Below, piece by piece: positions 25,924-36,249 of a stretch of 48,419 nucleotides of DNA; the first letter of the stretch is position 1; every line of letters begins with the position of its first letter. The translations under genes were made by a program, and so were the position numbers. The stretch covers positions 1 to 48,419 of the forward strand of contig JAQBTR010000005.1 in the NCBI GenBank assembly GCA_027624915.1. The letters are read 5' to 3'. A model generated the notes under the pieces. That model was not told the origin of the DNA. It did no database searches and saw only the letters and a list, made by a program, of their open reading frames with translations. Origin of the DNA: a bacterium (lineage in GTDB: Bacteria > Patescibacteriota > Minisyncoccia > Ryanbacterales > GWA2-47-10b).

Positions 25924-26796
25924 ATGAATCCCAATGCGATTTTTGTTGTAATTCTGGTTGTGGCGCTTATTATTGTTGCCTTTATCACAGTAGGAGACCT
26001 TGGGGTAAGTGGTGGGCCCGTTGCACAGGCGCCAAACTCAAATGCCGAATTTGGGGTGGTTGTAGAAAAAAAGACCTTTCTCTCAAGTTTTCGAAAAACA
26101 CCTCCCCCAAGTTCCCAACAACAAACTAAAACCGAGGAGGACATCCTAGAAAAAAACATTACAATCAATCGAAAGAATGCGAAGTTAAGCGACGTTGATA
26201 GAGAGTATATAACAATTCAATATTCTTCGCGTGCCAAGGAGTCTATCGACCTCACAGATTGGAAAGTAGAAAATACTCGTGGTAGTGGCTTTGTGTTAGG
26301 TAGAGTTTCTAATTTACCTGGCCGATCGAGCTCTTCTCTTGATAACGATAGACTCATTGTCCCACCGGGGGGACGTGTTCATGTTATTACCGGCCGTAGT
26401 CCTCGTGGAGAAAACTTTAGAGTCAACAAATGTTCTGGATATTTTAATCAAACAAAGACATATACGCCATTTGTTCCTCATAGTTGTCCAAGCCCAAAAA
26501 ACGAACCTGGGCAAGACGGATTTTCTGACGAATGTTTTAACTACGTAAAACGTCTACCTTCGTGCAAGATTCCATCTCCGCTCCCTACTATTCTGGATGA
26601 CAGGTGTCGTAACTATGTAATAGAAAATATTAGTTATGCTGGATGTATAGACAACCACAAAACAGATGATGATTTTTATAAAGACGAGTGGTGGGTTTAT
26701 CTGAAACGCCCTGACCAACTTTGGTCAGATTCTCGCGACACAATTTATTTAAAGAATTCTTCTGGTGTTCTTATAAAGTCTTACTCTTACCAGTAA
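25924..26796 (+). CDS. Membrane-anchored lamin-tail-domain-like, Cys-rich surface protein
   Basis: N-terminal TM; EYITI...IDLTDWKVEN; W..RDTIYLKNSSGVLI. Confidence 0.7.
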   Translation: MNPNAIFVVILVVALIIVAFITVGDLGVSGGPVAQAPNSNAEFGVVVEKKTFLSSFRKTPPPSSQQQTKTEEDILEKNITINRKNAKLSDVDREYITIQYSSRAKESIDLTDWKVENTRGSGFVLGRVSNLPGRSSSSLDNDRLIVPPGGRVHVITGRSPRGENFRVNKCSGYFNQTKTYTPFVPHSCPSPKNEPGQDGFSDECFNYVKRLPSCKIPSPLPTILDDRCRNYVIENISYAGCIDNHKTDDDFYKDEWWVYLKRPDQLWSDSRDTIYLKNSSGVLIKSYSYQ

Positions 26797-27271
26797 GATA
26801 GTAGGCTATAACACCAAAAGCTACAGAAACATTAAGTGATTCTTTTTTGCCTCTCATTGGTATCTCTACAATATCATCTGCTTTTTTTATGAGTGAAGGC
26901 GACAAACCTTTAACCTCATTTCCCATAATGAAAGCTATTTTAGCTTTCGACTTAAATTTGTTATAAGGCTTTGATGTTTTTGTTTTTTCTATAGCAATTA
27001 TTTTATATCCATCTTTTTTTAAAGATTTGATAAGTTTTCCTATATCAGTCTTTTTACTCCACTCTACATACTCTTCGGCACCGAGTGCTGTTTTTAAAAT
27101 CTCTCTTCTTGTCCTCCCAAGCTCATCAACAGGAGATGGAGTATAGCCAGTTAAATACACCTTGATAATACCTGCGCCGTCAGCGGTACGCAAAACGGAG
27201 CCTACATTATGCAGGCTCCGAACGTTATGTATAATCGCAACTGTAGAGTTCGTGCGAAAATTTGCTTTCAT
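26771..27271 (-). CDS. SpoU/TrmH-family RNA 2'-O-methyltransferase
   Basis: HNVRSLHNVGSVLRTAD, GNEVKG, EIPMRGKKESLNVSVA. Confidence 0.93.
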   Translation of the reverse strand: MKANFRTNSTVAIIHNVRSLHNVGSVLRTADGAGIIKVYLTGYTPSPVDELGRTRREILKTALGAEEYVEWSKKTDIGKLIKSLKKDGYKIIAIEKTKTSKPYNKFKSKAKIAFIMGNEVKGLSPSLIKKADDIVEIPMRGKKESLNVSVAFGVIAYYLTGKSKTL

Positions 27272-27304
27272 GGCGAAATTAATATAATTTTTGCGCGATC
27301 TCCA

Positions 27305-28069
27305 TTATTTGAGTTCAAAAATTATAGTTACGTTTGATGTAATCTCATTCTCTCCTACGGGTATTGATGGAGAAGGGATTGCGTTGCCGCCTACAGAATC
27401 GAGGGTCGCATATGATTTTTCTGCATAATATATACCTCCTCTGCCTCCTTCTGAAAAGCCTACTATACGACCAAGTCTAACGCCAAGATCGCTTGCTAGT
27501 GCCTCTGCTTTTTCTCGTGCGTCCTTAATTGCCTCCTCTCGCGCCTCTCTTTCAAGCGTATCTGGCTCGTCAATTGTAAATGAAAGACTACTAATCTCAT
27601 GTGCGCCGTTTTCTGTGGCTCCCGCAATAATATCTCCGGAGTCATCTAAGTGACGAATTTTAACGCGAAGACTTTGTCGTACCTGCCACCCCTTCAGAAC
27701 CTGTCCATTACTTCTAGTATAATCATATCGTGGGCTGAGCGAATAACCTATTGTTTTTATATCTTCTTCTTTAATGCCCTTATCATTAAGAAAATTGACT
27801 ACATCATCAGATGCAACAGACGCAAGGCGTGTAACGACTTCTGGATCTTGGGCCTCTTTAAAGATAGTAATTGTTATCTCTCCTACATCAGGCTTTGCAA
27901 AAACAGAACCCTCACCTGAAATACTAATTGTATTCTCGGGAACAATAGCTCGTGATTCGCGAACTTCTCTTAATGTTCGTGCACCTAAAAATACAACAAC
28001 CATTACTAAGACAAGTGCAATAAGCACTCTTAGAAAACCCTTTTGATGGATATTTTTTACTTCTTCCAT
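27305..28069 (-). CDS. SIMPL (DUF541) domain protein
   Basis: TISISGEGSVFAKPD, YSLSPRYDY, AREKAEALASDLGVRLG. Confidence 0.9.
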   Translation of the reverse strand: MEEVKNIHQKGFLRVLIALVLVMVVVFLGARTLREVRESRAIVPENTISISGEGSVFAKPDVGEITITIFKEAQDPEVVTRLASVASDDVVNFLNDKGIKEEDIKTIGYSLSPRYDYTRSNGQVLKGWQVRQSLRVKIRHLDDSGDIIAGATENGAHEISSLSFTIDEPDTLEREAREEAIKDAREKAEALASDLGVRLGRIVGFSEGGRGGIYYAEKSYATLDSVGGNAIPSPSIPVGENEITSNVTIIFELK

Positions 28070-28143
28070 GGCGTTATTTTAAACGATTAATTGATAATTG
28101 TGTGACACTTAAACGTTTTTGCTGTATCGGTTTGTAGTTAAAA

Positions 28144-29412
28144 TTAATTCCTAACCGCATCGCGGACAACCTGTCTGTCGTCCCAAGCAATCTTCTTGCC
28201 CCTTGGTCCCATCATTAAAGACTCTGAACCCTTCCCCGTTACAACAACAACATCATCTGCGCGAGCAGACTGAACTGCTCTGGTTACGGCTTCTTTGCGA
28301 TCCAAAATTATTGTTGGCTTCTTTTTTATTATACCACTCTTTATGTCTCCAATAATCTTCTCTGGGTCTTCGTCATAAGGGTCTTCAGTAGTTAAAAAAA
28401 TCTGATCACACCACTCGTCTGCTATTTGTCCCATTTCCGGACGCTTCCATATGTCACGCCCACCACCAGCAGAACCCAAAACACAAATCATTTTCCCTTT
28501 TGAGCCTTTAACCGCTTCATATACATTTAAAAGCGCATCCGGTGTATGAGCATAATCTACCACCACCGAAAATACTGAAAATGGTGGCTTCAATACATAT
28601 TCTATACGCCCAGGAACTCCTGTAATCTTCTCAAATGCATCACGAATCCGTTCTGGGTGTATACCTCGCGATAAAGCAATAGTAAAAGCACAGAGTGCAT
28701 TATACAGATTAAATTTTCCTAGAAGCTTTAGGCGCATCTCTATATTGTTATAAACAAAAGAAACACCTCTCTCGTCAAACGAATAGTGACCTGGTTCGAT
28801 TGTTTTCCCGAACTCTTTCCATCTATGACAGTCGAGGCCATAAATCCAGGCTTCTGACCTTTGGTACTGAAGGAAGTGAGTAGTTGACTCTTCATCATCT
28901 CCATTGAGAATCATTGTCCTTCCCTTCTTCTTAGATTTGGCAACTGCCTTAAACAAACGGGCCTTGGCTCTTCTATATCTTTCAAAACCGCCATGAGCTT
29001 CTATATGCTCTTTTGTAATATTCGTAAATGCTGCTGTATCAAATTGAATAAAACGGTGACGGGATTGCATAATACCTTCGGACGTAACCTCCAAAATTAC
29101 AACATCGCACTTCGCGCGAATAGCATCTCGTAAAAAACGTTGAACAAAAAAACGTCCTGGCATAGTCATTTTTAATTCATTTTTCCACTTCTTGTCTCCT
29201 ATAATAAACCTAATGGATGATGCCGATGCTACTTTATATCCCGCCTCAACAAAAACTTGATGTGTGAGATCAACAACCGTTGTCTTTCCATTGGTTCCAG
29301 TAACACCTATAACGATTAGTTCTCTTGAGGGAAAACGGTACAAAAGAGCTGCAAAAAGCGCAAACAAAAAATGATATACATGCAGTAAAGGCTTTGGAAT
29401 TAATTTTTTCAT
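28144..29412 (-). CDS. murE: MurE-like Mur ligase
   Basis: GVTGTNGKTT, LEVTS, FTNITKEH, DYAHTPDAL, EDPYDE, GKG. Confidence 0.85.
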   Translation of the reverse strand: MKKLIPKPLLHVYHFLFALFAALLYRFPSRELIVIGVTGTNGKTTVVDLTHQVFVEAGYKVASASSIRFIIGDKKWKNELKMTMPGRFFVQRFLRDAIRAKCDVVILEVTSEGIMQSRHRFIQFDTAAFTNITKEHIEAHGGFERYRRAKARLFKAVAKSKKKGRTMILNGDDEESTTHFLQYQRSEAWIYGLDCHRWKEFGKTIEPGHYSFDERGVSFVYNNIEMRLKLLGKFNLYNALCAFTIALSRGIHPERIRDAFEKITGVPGRIEYVLKPPFSVFSVVVDYAHTPDALLNVYEAVKGSKGKMICVLGSAGGGRDIWKRPEMGQIADEWCDQIFLTTEDPYDEDPEKIIGDIKSGIIKKKPTIILDRKEAVTRAVQSARADDVVVVTGKGSESLMMGPRGKKIAWDDRQVVRDAVRN

Positions 29413-29981
29413 GAGTGTCTCCCTAACAACTTGAGCGCCTCCCGAACCCTCTCATCAGCACCCCCTATGGTGTTTGGAATCTTGTGGAGAATTTCACGCG
29501 ACTCTGAAAGAGAGTACCCAAGAGAAACAAGGGCGTCGATTGCATCGGCATCTTCGCTTGATACAGACACGCTCTCCATTCCCCCAAGCTTGTCTCTAAG
29601 TTCCATAACAATCTTTTCGGCAATCTTTTTGCCTATCCCAGATATTTTAGTTAGGTAGGCGACCTCTCCCGATGCAATGGCATGTTTTAATGTATCGAGA
29701 GGTGCTACAGATAGAACACCCAGTGCCGATCTTGGGCCAATACCAGAAATAGTAATAAGCATTTCAAAAAGCTCCAATTCTGCCATGGAGTTGAACCCAT
29801 AAAGTTCGAGCGCTGTTTCGCGTACATGCAGGTGCGTAAAAAGAGAAGCCTTATCCCCTTTTTTAGGAATAGACTTTAGAGTTTCTAGCGATGTGAATAA
29901 TTTATATCCAACACCCCCAACGTCGATCAAGGCAAAGCGTGAGCCACGAAAGAGTACTGTACCTTCTATGTGTGCTATCAT
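29409..29981 (-). CDS. ruvA: Holliday junction branch migration protein RuvA
   Basis: VGGVGY, HLHVRE..LYGF, SGIGPRSAL, GIGKKIAEKIVMELRDK. Confidence 0.96.
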   Translation of the reverse strand: MIAHIEGTVLFRGSRFALIDVGGVGYKLFTSLETLKSIPKKGDKASLFTHLHVRETALELYGFNSMAELELFEMLITISGIGPRSALGVLSVAPLDTLKHAIASGEVAYLTKISGIGKKIAEKIVMELRDKLGGMESVSVSSEDADAIDALVSLGYSLSESREILHKIPNTIGGADERVREALKLLGRHS

Positions 29982-29998
29982 ACTCGCACTTATATAAT

Positions 29999-31945
29999 AT
30001 GTCTTTTAAACTTGTTTCTCAATTCGAGCCATCGGGAGACCAGCCACGCGCTATCAAAACATTAACCGATGGGCTGCGTGAGGGCAAACGTTCTCAAACA
30101 CTTTTAGGGGTTACGGGGTCTGGTAAAACCTTCTCAATGGCACAAGTAATAGCTGCGACTAATCGTCCTGCGCTTGTTTTATCTCACAACAAAACACTCG
30201 CCGCACAGCTGTATGAAGAATTTCGTGATTTTTTTCCTCAAAACTCAGTACACTACTTTGTTTCATATTATGACTACTATCAGCCAGAGGCCTACATTCC
30301 AAACACAGATACCTATATAGAAAAAGACGCAAAGATAAACTCTTTTATAGACGAGCTTCGCCACGCAACAACACAAGCAGCCCTCACACGCAAAGACCTT
30401 ATTATTGTTGCTTCTGTTTCGGCGATTTATGGAATTGGAGAGCCAGAAACATATCTAGATTTTTCTCTTAACCTAGAAGAAGGAAAAAGGATGGACGTTA
30501 AAGAATTTACTAGCTCACTCGCTGACATGCAATACATTCGTAACGACATTGAGCGAACACCGGGAACTTGGGGGCGAACTGGAGAGGCCATTACTGTAGT
30601 TCTTCCTTCTGGAGAGCGCGTGGTGCGAATTATCTTTTTTGGGGGCGAAATAGAAGAAATCCAAGAGAGCCTTAACAGTCCAGATATTAATTTTTCGCGA
30701 GTAAAAAACTATAAAATATTTCCAGCAAAGCATTTTGTGACACCACTCGATACCTTAGAAACTGCTACAAAAAATATAGAAAAAGAACTTAAGGATCGTG
30801 TCTTGGAACTCAAAAAGAGCGGTAAAGAGTTTGAGGCTGAACGCCTTTTGCGCCGAGCACGATATGATATAAAAATGCTTCGAGAAACCGGGTACACCCA
30901 AGGAATAGAAAATTACTCAAGACATTTAACTGGTCGTGCCGCTGGCGAACCACCTGCTACACTTCTCGAATATCTACCCGACAACTTTCTTACATTTGTT
31001 GATGAGTCACATATTACACTTCCTCAAATTAGGGGCATGTTCGCCGGAGACCGGGCGCGCAAAGAAACTCTTGTAGAACATGGATTTCGATTACCATCTG
31101 CGCTTGATAACCGTCCTCTTACATTTGAAGAATTTGAAAAAAATATTGGGGACGCCATATTTGTTTCAGCAACCCCAGGGCTATATGAACGAGCACGTGG
31201 CAATATAGCCGAACAACTTATTAGACCAACTGGACTTCTTGATCCAACAATAGAGGTCAGAGGAGCTGAACATCAAGTGAAAGACGTTGAGAAGGAGATT
31301 GTGAAGCGTGCTAAGAAAAATGAGAGGACTCTTGTTATTGCTCTTACAAAACGCATGGCTGAGGATATAGCCGAGTACCTATCTGATCGAGGGTTAAAAG
31401 TCGCCTGGCTTCATTCTGAAGTTAAAACAATAGAACGACATGACATATTGCGTAGCCTAAGAGATGGTACTGTTGATGCTATTGTTGGTATCAATCTATT
31501 ACGTGAGGGTTTGGACCTGCCAGAGGTGTCTCTCATCTGTATTTTAGACGCAGACAAAGAGGGGTTCTTAAGAAACGAAACAACTCTCATACAAACAGCT
31601 GGTCGCGCAAGTAGAAACCCAGAAGGCCATGTTATCTTTTATGCTGACAAAATTACCGAATCTATGAAAAAGACAATAGACGAGACCTCTCGGCGGAGAA
31701 AGTACCAAGAGTTGTATAATAAGAAAAATAAAATAACTCCAACAGCAATACATAAAGATATCAAGCCGTCTTTGTTTGCTGGCATGAAAAAATTAAAGAA
31801 GGAAAATGTGTTGAGGGAGCTCTCTAAGGAAAAGAGGTCAAAAATTGAACAGAGACGCGAAATCGAGGATGAAATGCTTGAAGCCGCCTCCCGTCTCGAC
31901 TTCGAACGGGCAGCAGAACTCCGCGACATACTCAAATCTCTTTAG
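29999..31945 (+). CDS. uvrB: Excinuclease ABC subunit B
   Basis: GDQP, GVTGSGKT, YYDYYQPEAY, DESH, GINLLREGLDLPEV; start ATG 29999. Confidence 0.97.
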   Translation: MSFKLVSQFEPSGDQPRAIKTLTDGLREGKRSQTLLGVTGSGKTFSMAQVIAATNRPALVLSHNKTLAAQLYEEFRDFFPQNSVHYFVSYYDYYQPEAYIPNTDTYIEKDAKINSFIDELRHATTQAALTRKDLIIVASVSAIYGIGEPETYLDFSLNLEEGKRMDVKEFTSSLADMQYIRNDIERTPGTWGRTGEAITVVLPSGERVVRIIFFGGEIEEIQESLNSPDINFSRVKNYKIFPAKHFVTPLDTLETATKNIEKELKDRVLELKKSGKEFEAERLLRRARYDIKMLRETGYTQGIENYSRHLTGRAAGEPPATLLEYLPDNFLTFVDESHITLPQIRGMFAGDRARKETLVEHGFRLPSALDNRPLTFEEFEKNIGDAIFVSATPGLYERARGNIAEQLIRPTGLLDPTIEVRGAEHQVKDVEKEIVKRAKKNERTLVIALTKRMAEDIAEYLSDRGLKVAWLHSEVKTIERHDILRSLRDGTVDAIVGINLLREGLDLPEVSLICILDADKEGFLRNETTLIQTAGRASRNPEGHVIFYADKITESMKKTIDETSRRRKYQELYNKKNKITPTAIHKDIKPSLFAGMKKLKKENVLRELSKEKRSKIEQRREIEDEMLEAASRLDFERAAELRDILKSL

Positions 31946-31948
31946 GAA

Positions 31949-31977
31949 TTGACTTATGGTGTAAAAACCATTACTGT
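31949..31977 (+). promoter_or_regulatory. Sigma70 promoter positioned to give leaderless rpsT mRNA
   Basis: TTGACT-17 nt-TACTGT, 7 nt before ATG 31985. Confidence 0.6.
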
Positions 31978-31984
31978 AGAGTCC

Positions 31985-32239
31985 ATGCCTAATACAAAAG
32001 CCGCAACAAAAGCTTTACGACAGTCGCAGAGGCGACGTCTTTTAAATATCCGCCGAAAGCGTGCCATGACTGGACCCCTAAAGGCAATCGAAAAGGCACT
32101 GAAGGCTGGCAATAAGGATGAGGCCCTAAAACTCCTTCCAAAGGTACAGAAAGAGCTCGACAAATCTGCAAGGCGGAACATTATTACAAAAAACACAGCA
32201 AGTCGCACAAAATCACGGCTTTCTAAACGACTTAAGTAA
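31985..32239 (+). CDS. rpsT: 30S ribosomal protein S20
   Basis: MPNTKAATKALRQSQRRR...LDKSARRNIITKNTASRTKSRL. Confidence 0.95.
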   Translation: MPNTKAATKALRQSQRRRLLNIRRKRAMTGPLKAIEKALKAGNKDEALKLLPKVQKELDKSARRNIITKNTASRTKSRLSKRLK

Positions 32240-32243
32240 GCGC

Positions 32244-33116
32244 CTAGTGAGCTAGAAGAAAATAAAGAAGCCCTGTCTCCAGGTCTTCTTTTTTTCTTGG
32301 ATCAGACCACATAACAAGAGCTTCTTGAGCTCTCTCTAGTTCTTCATGAGAAAAGTTTCTCGCTTGATTACTGGCCTTAGACAAAACAAAGGAACTCATT
32401 CCTTTTATATTCCCAACCTCGGCTGAACATATATTGCGTACATGCCACAATAGAGTACGCAACACCCCGTCAGGTTTAAATCCTGCCATCATTAGTTTCT
32501 CGAAATGAAAAAATGCCTTCTCGCGCTCACCTCTTCCCCAATAGTCTCCAAGTAAAAAAAGCTCTTTATCCTGCATGTTGGTGACTATCCTATTTGCCTC
32601 CCCCCCAAGTAAAATTTTTTCAAACTCGCCAGTAAATTTTTCTGGACTATCTTGATAGAGTCTCGTTAAGTGTTCTTTTACCTCGGCAGATATTTTTGTC
32701 TTTGTGCGAACGGCCTCGCTCTCAATATAATCTCTTAACTTAACTATTGAGATATAATTAAACTCCTGAACTTGTTTTGCCCTCTTTTTAATCGCATCAA
32801 AAAGCTTACCCTTCTTTGGTATACCCTCTTCATAAAAAACAATAATAGAATCGTCCCCTTCCCATCCTTTTATAAAATCTTTTAGTATTTCCTCTGCTCC
32901 ACTGTCTGCTTTTGAGAGATTTTTAATTATAAGATATGATTTTTTACCAAAAAGTGTATCTCCACCAATAGACTCAAGAAGTGTGTCAAATCCGTTCTCG
33001 TTATCACAACGAATCTGGTGCCATGCAAACGGCACTTCACTTTCAAATCTATCAATAAATTTTTGTAAGTTGCGGGAAGATGCCTGTCTGTCTTCTCCGA
33101 ATAACAAATAGATCAT
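32244..33116 (-). CDS. holA: DNA polymerase III delta subunit
   Basis: MIYLLFGED, TLFG, C-terminal FV..KA..QARNFS; classical adjacency to rpsT. Confidence 0.8.
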   Translation of the reverse strand: MIYLLFGEDRQASSRNLQKFIDRFESEVPFAWHQIRCDNENGFDTLLESIGGDTLFGKKSYLIIKNLSKADSGAEEILKDFIKGWEGDDSIIVFYEEGIPKKGKLFDAIKKRAKQVQEFNYISIVKLRDYIESEAVRTKTKISAEVKEHLTRLYQDSPEKFTGEFEKILLGGEANRIVTNMQDKELFLLGDYWGRGEREKAFFHFEKLMMAGFKPDGVLRTLLWHVRNICSAEVGNIKGMSSFVLSKASNQARNFSHEELERAQEALVMWSDPRKKEDLETGLLYFLLAH

Positions 33117-33278
33117 GTTTTTGAATTTGCTTTTGTTATGAGATGTATTCTATTTTGTACGAGAACAACGAAGCGAGAGGAAACAATATACGGAGTATGC
33201 GTTGATGAGAGGTTCGTTGTTCGTAGCCAAAATGAGTGCATCGTAATAAAAATGAAATATAAAATTATGATCCAAGAA

Positions 33279-33719
33279 TCATCGTTTGAGTGAGTGTTTT
33301 TCGAGCAATTTGCGCACACGATCAACAATCTCTTGTGGCGTATTATTTGCCTTTACTAAATAATCTTTCGCTCCAAGTGAGTCTGCTCGCTCCATAAATT
33401 CTGGAGAACTCTGATTAGAAAGAACCATAACGAGAGTCTCTGCAATCTTAGGCTTCGCTCGAACTTCCGAAAGATAATCAAATCCGTTCATTTTACCTGG
33501 GAGGGTTATATCAAGGAGAACTAAGTGGGGTTTCTCTTTTTCTGTGAGCGACATACCTATCTCCCCATCTTCGGCTTCAAGCACCGTATATCCCTCTTGT
33601 TTAAAACGACCAACTAATATATTACGCAAAAATTTATCATCTTCTACTATAAGAATCTTAGCTTCGCTTCGCTTTAACATTGAGGCTATAGGAATGTCCG
33701 GAGTCTTGTCATCAATCAT
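33279..33719 (-). CDS. Single-domain response regulator (receiver)
   Basis: KILIVEDD, LVLLDITLP, LSN, DYLVK. Confidence 0.92.
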   Translation of the reverse strand: MIDDKTPDIPIASMLKRSEAKILIVEDDKFLRNILVGRFKQEGYTVLEAEDGEIGMSLTEKEKPHLVLLDITLPGKMNGFDYLSEVRAKPKIAETLVMVLSNQSSPEFMERADSLGAKDYLVKANNTPQEIVDRVRKLLEKHSLKR

Positions 33720-33720
33720 A

Positions 33721-36249
33721 TTATTTCCATTCTTTCATATCGCCCCAGTTATGACCAATCTTTACATCCACAACTATTGGTATATCAAGTTCGGGCACAT
33801 CTTCCATAATTTTCTTTATTTTAGGGATTATAATCTTTATTTTGTCTTTCTTCATCTCAAAAACTAGCTCATCGTGTACCTGCAACAACATATAAAAATT
33901 GTCTGATTTGTCCACCTCATTATCAATCCTAATCATCGCTCTCTTGATTATGTCTGCGTTGGTCCCTTGAAATGGAGCATTAACCGCCATTCGTTCCGCT
34001 TCTTTCCTTACAAAATCAAAAGATGCCTTCAGATTTGGCAAAAAACGTTTCCGTCCAAAGATTGTTTCAACATACCCTCTTTCTCTCCCATCTTCTATTA
34101 TCTTTTCTCTAAAATCTCTTATAGCTGGAAACTTTTCAAAGTATAAATCAAGATACTCTTGTGCCTCCCCTGCTGAAACCTTAATGCTTGCCGCAAGAGC
34201 GCGAGCACCCATGCCATACAAAATACCAAAGTTTATGGACTTGGCCTTGAAACGAATATCTGGCGTTACTTTATCGAGTGCTACGTGAAATACTTCAGAT
34301 GCGGTTCGTTGATGAATGTCTTCGTTATTTTTAAAAGTCTCTAACATTTTCTTATCTTTTGAAAGGGCTGCTGCAATTCGAAGTTCGATTTGAGAATAAT
34401 CGAGTGCTACAAGTTCATATCCTGGACGCGCGATAAAAACACTCCGTACTTCGCGGCCTCTCTCGCTACGATTTGGTATATTTTGGAGATTGGGGTTTGT
34501 TGATGAAAAACGCCCAGTGGCAGCTCCAATCTGGTTGAATGTTGTGTGGACTCTACCGTCATTGGCTATTAATTCTGGTAGTGCCTTAATGTATGTGGAG
34601 TACAATTTACTTACCTCGCGGTACTCTATGAGTGGCTCTATTATAGGATGAAGGTCTTGTAGTTTTAATAATTCGGAAAATTTCGTAGAGATGCTTTTTG
34701 TTGATGTTTTTTTAATGCCTTTTGTTGGAAGTCCCAGAACCTCAAACAAAATATGAGAAAGTTGTTTCGGAGAATTTATATCAAACTTTTCGCCAGCATG
34801 GTCTAAAATTATTTTTTCAAGTTTTTTTATTTCTTTTGAAACCTCTTTTTCTAATACACCTAAATGTTTCTCGTCCACCAAAACCCCATCTCTCTCCATT
34901 TTGTACAAGACGGGTATGAGTGGTAGCTCAAACTCATAGTATGTTTTTTCTAACTTGTGTTTTATAAGCTTCTTCTTTAAATCATCAACAAGCTCAAGAA
35001 TATTCTTTGTTGTTTTAGCTCTATCTTCAAGAAGCAACCCAAGATCAAACGCTCGTTTCTCAGAATCAATAACCCACTCCGCGACCCTAAGATCAAACTC
35101 AACAGAAAACAAAAACCCCAATGTATGAAATAAAGATTTTGCATCGTCGGTTATGATTCGCCCGTGCAGAGACAGTAACTCCTCAAGACCCTCAAAAGAC
35201 TCAAAAGAAAATAATTTATCTTTTACCCCAACAACCACCTTCTCTTCCTCTTTATATAAAACGATTGTTTCTGTTTTTTTTATTACCTTCTCTAGTTCTT
35301 TTATCTCCCCTTTCTTTATGTTTGTTGCTGGCTTTAATTCCTCAAAACCCTGTGGGGCCTCAAGTCTATTTATTAAACTAGGAAAATGAAACTCGCGAAA
35401 AGTAGCAACGGCACTCTCATATGGAATCCCCTTAAATTCAATATCTTTTAGCTTTAGCTCTACTGGGGCATCCAATCTAATAGTCGCCAACTCCTTTGAA
35501 AATAAGGCTTCTTCTTCATTTTCTAATAAAAGATTTTTAATCCTTTCGGTAAGCCATTTTGGGTGTTTTTTCTCTTTTTTTATTTTTTTATAAATATCCT
35601 CTACGGTTCCATAGTTATTTATAAGGCTAGTTGCGGTTTTGTCGCCGATGCCCCTTACTCCGATAATGTTATCTGATGGGTCACCCTTAAGACCCTTAAA
35701 ATCAATTACAAAGTTCGGCTTAAACGAATACCGCTCAACAACCTTGTCCTCATCGTACAAAATCGTATCATCTATTCCTTTTCGGAGGGTATAGACCCTT
35801 ACTCTCTTTCCGCTTACTAATTGCATCGTATCCATGTCGCCTGATGCAATAATTAACTCAATATCTTTTTCTTTTTTTAATTTTTCAACGATTGTCCCAA
35901 TAATATCATCGGCCTCAAATCCGGCCACTTCAAACATTGGTATATTAAATGCTTTAAAAATCTCTTTTACTTTTGCAAACTGTGGAATCAAGTCATCTTT
36001 TGTCTTTTCTCTCGTTGCCTTATATTCCTTATATGCCTTGTGCCTAAAAGTTGGTTCTGCGCGATCAAAGGCTGCTGCAATATGTGTCGGACCTAAATCA
36101 CGAATAAGTTTTAATAAAATAGATGCAGTTCCATAAACCGCCCCCATCGGCTCGCCAGAGGACGATGTAAAAGAAGGGAGCGCGTGATACGCACGATGTA
36201 TAAATGCGTGAGCATCAATAATAACAAGTTTGTTTTTCTTTTTTGTCAT
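33721..36249 (-). CDS. polA: DNA polymerase I
   Basis: HRAYHALP, EADDIIG, GDPSDNI, NPNLQNIP, DYSQIELR, KSINFGILYG, QVHDEL. Confidence 0.97.
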   Translation of the reverse strand: MTKKKNKLVIIDAHAFIHRAYHALPSFTSSSGEPMGAVYGTASILLKLIRDLGPTHIAAAFDRAEPTFRHKAYKEYKATREKTKDDLIPQFAKVKEIFKAFNIPMFEVAGFEADDIIGTIVEKLKKEKDIELIIASGDMDTMQLVSGKRVRVYTLRKGIDDTILYDEDKVVERYSFKPNFVIDFKGLKGDPSDNIIGVRGIGDKTATSLINNYGTVEDIYKKIKKEKKHPKWLTERIKNLLLENEEEALFSKELATIRLDAPVELKLKDIEFKGIPYESAVATFREFHFPSLINRLEAPQGFEELKPATNIKKGEIKELEKVIKKTETIVLYKEEEKVVVGVKDKLFSFESFEGLEELLSLHGRIITDDAKSLFHTLGFLFSVEFDLRVAEWVIDSEKRAFDLGLLLEDRAKTTKNILELVDDLKKKLIKHKLEKTYYEFELPLIPVLYKMERDGVLVDEKHLGVLEKEVSKEIKKLEKIILDHAGEKFDINSPKQLSHILFEVLGLPTKGIKKTSTKSISTKFSELLKLQDLHPIIEPLIEYREVSKLYSTYIKALPELIANDGRVHTTFNQIGAATGRFSSTNPNLQNIPNRSERGREVRSVFIARPGYELVALDYSQIELRIAAALSKDKKMLETFKNNEDIHQRTASEVFHVALDKVTPDIRFKAKSINFGILYGMGARALAASIKVSAGEAQEYLDLYFEKFPAIRDFREKIIEDGRERGYVETIFGRKRFLPNLKASFDFVRKEAERMAVNAPFQGTNADIIKRAMIRIDNEVDKSDNFYMLLQVHDELVFEMKKDKIKIIIPKIKKIMEDVPELDIPIVVDVKIGHNWGDMKEWK

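Noticed and set aside
29939-29998. Extended ORF-track starts (uvrB, rpsT, tsaD, ECF sigma, permeases, tsaE)
   Set aside because: Extensions overlap neighbouring genes or promoters; conserved N-termini begin at downstream ATGs.
33113-33328. 71-aa ORF between the response regulator and holA
   Set aside because: Overlaps the regulator; no recognisable features or initiation signal; cannot be supported.
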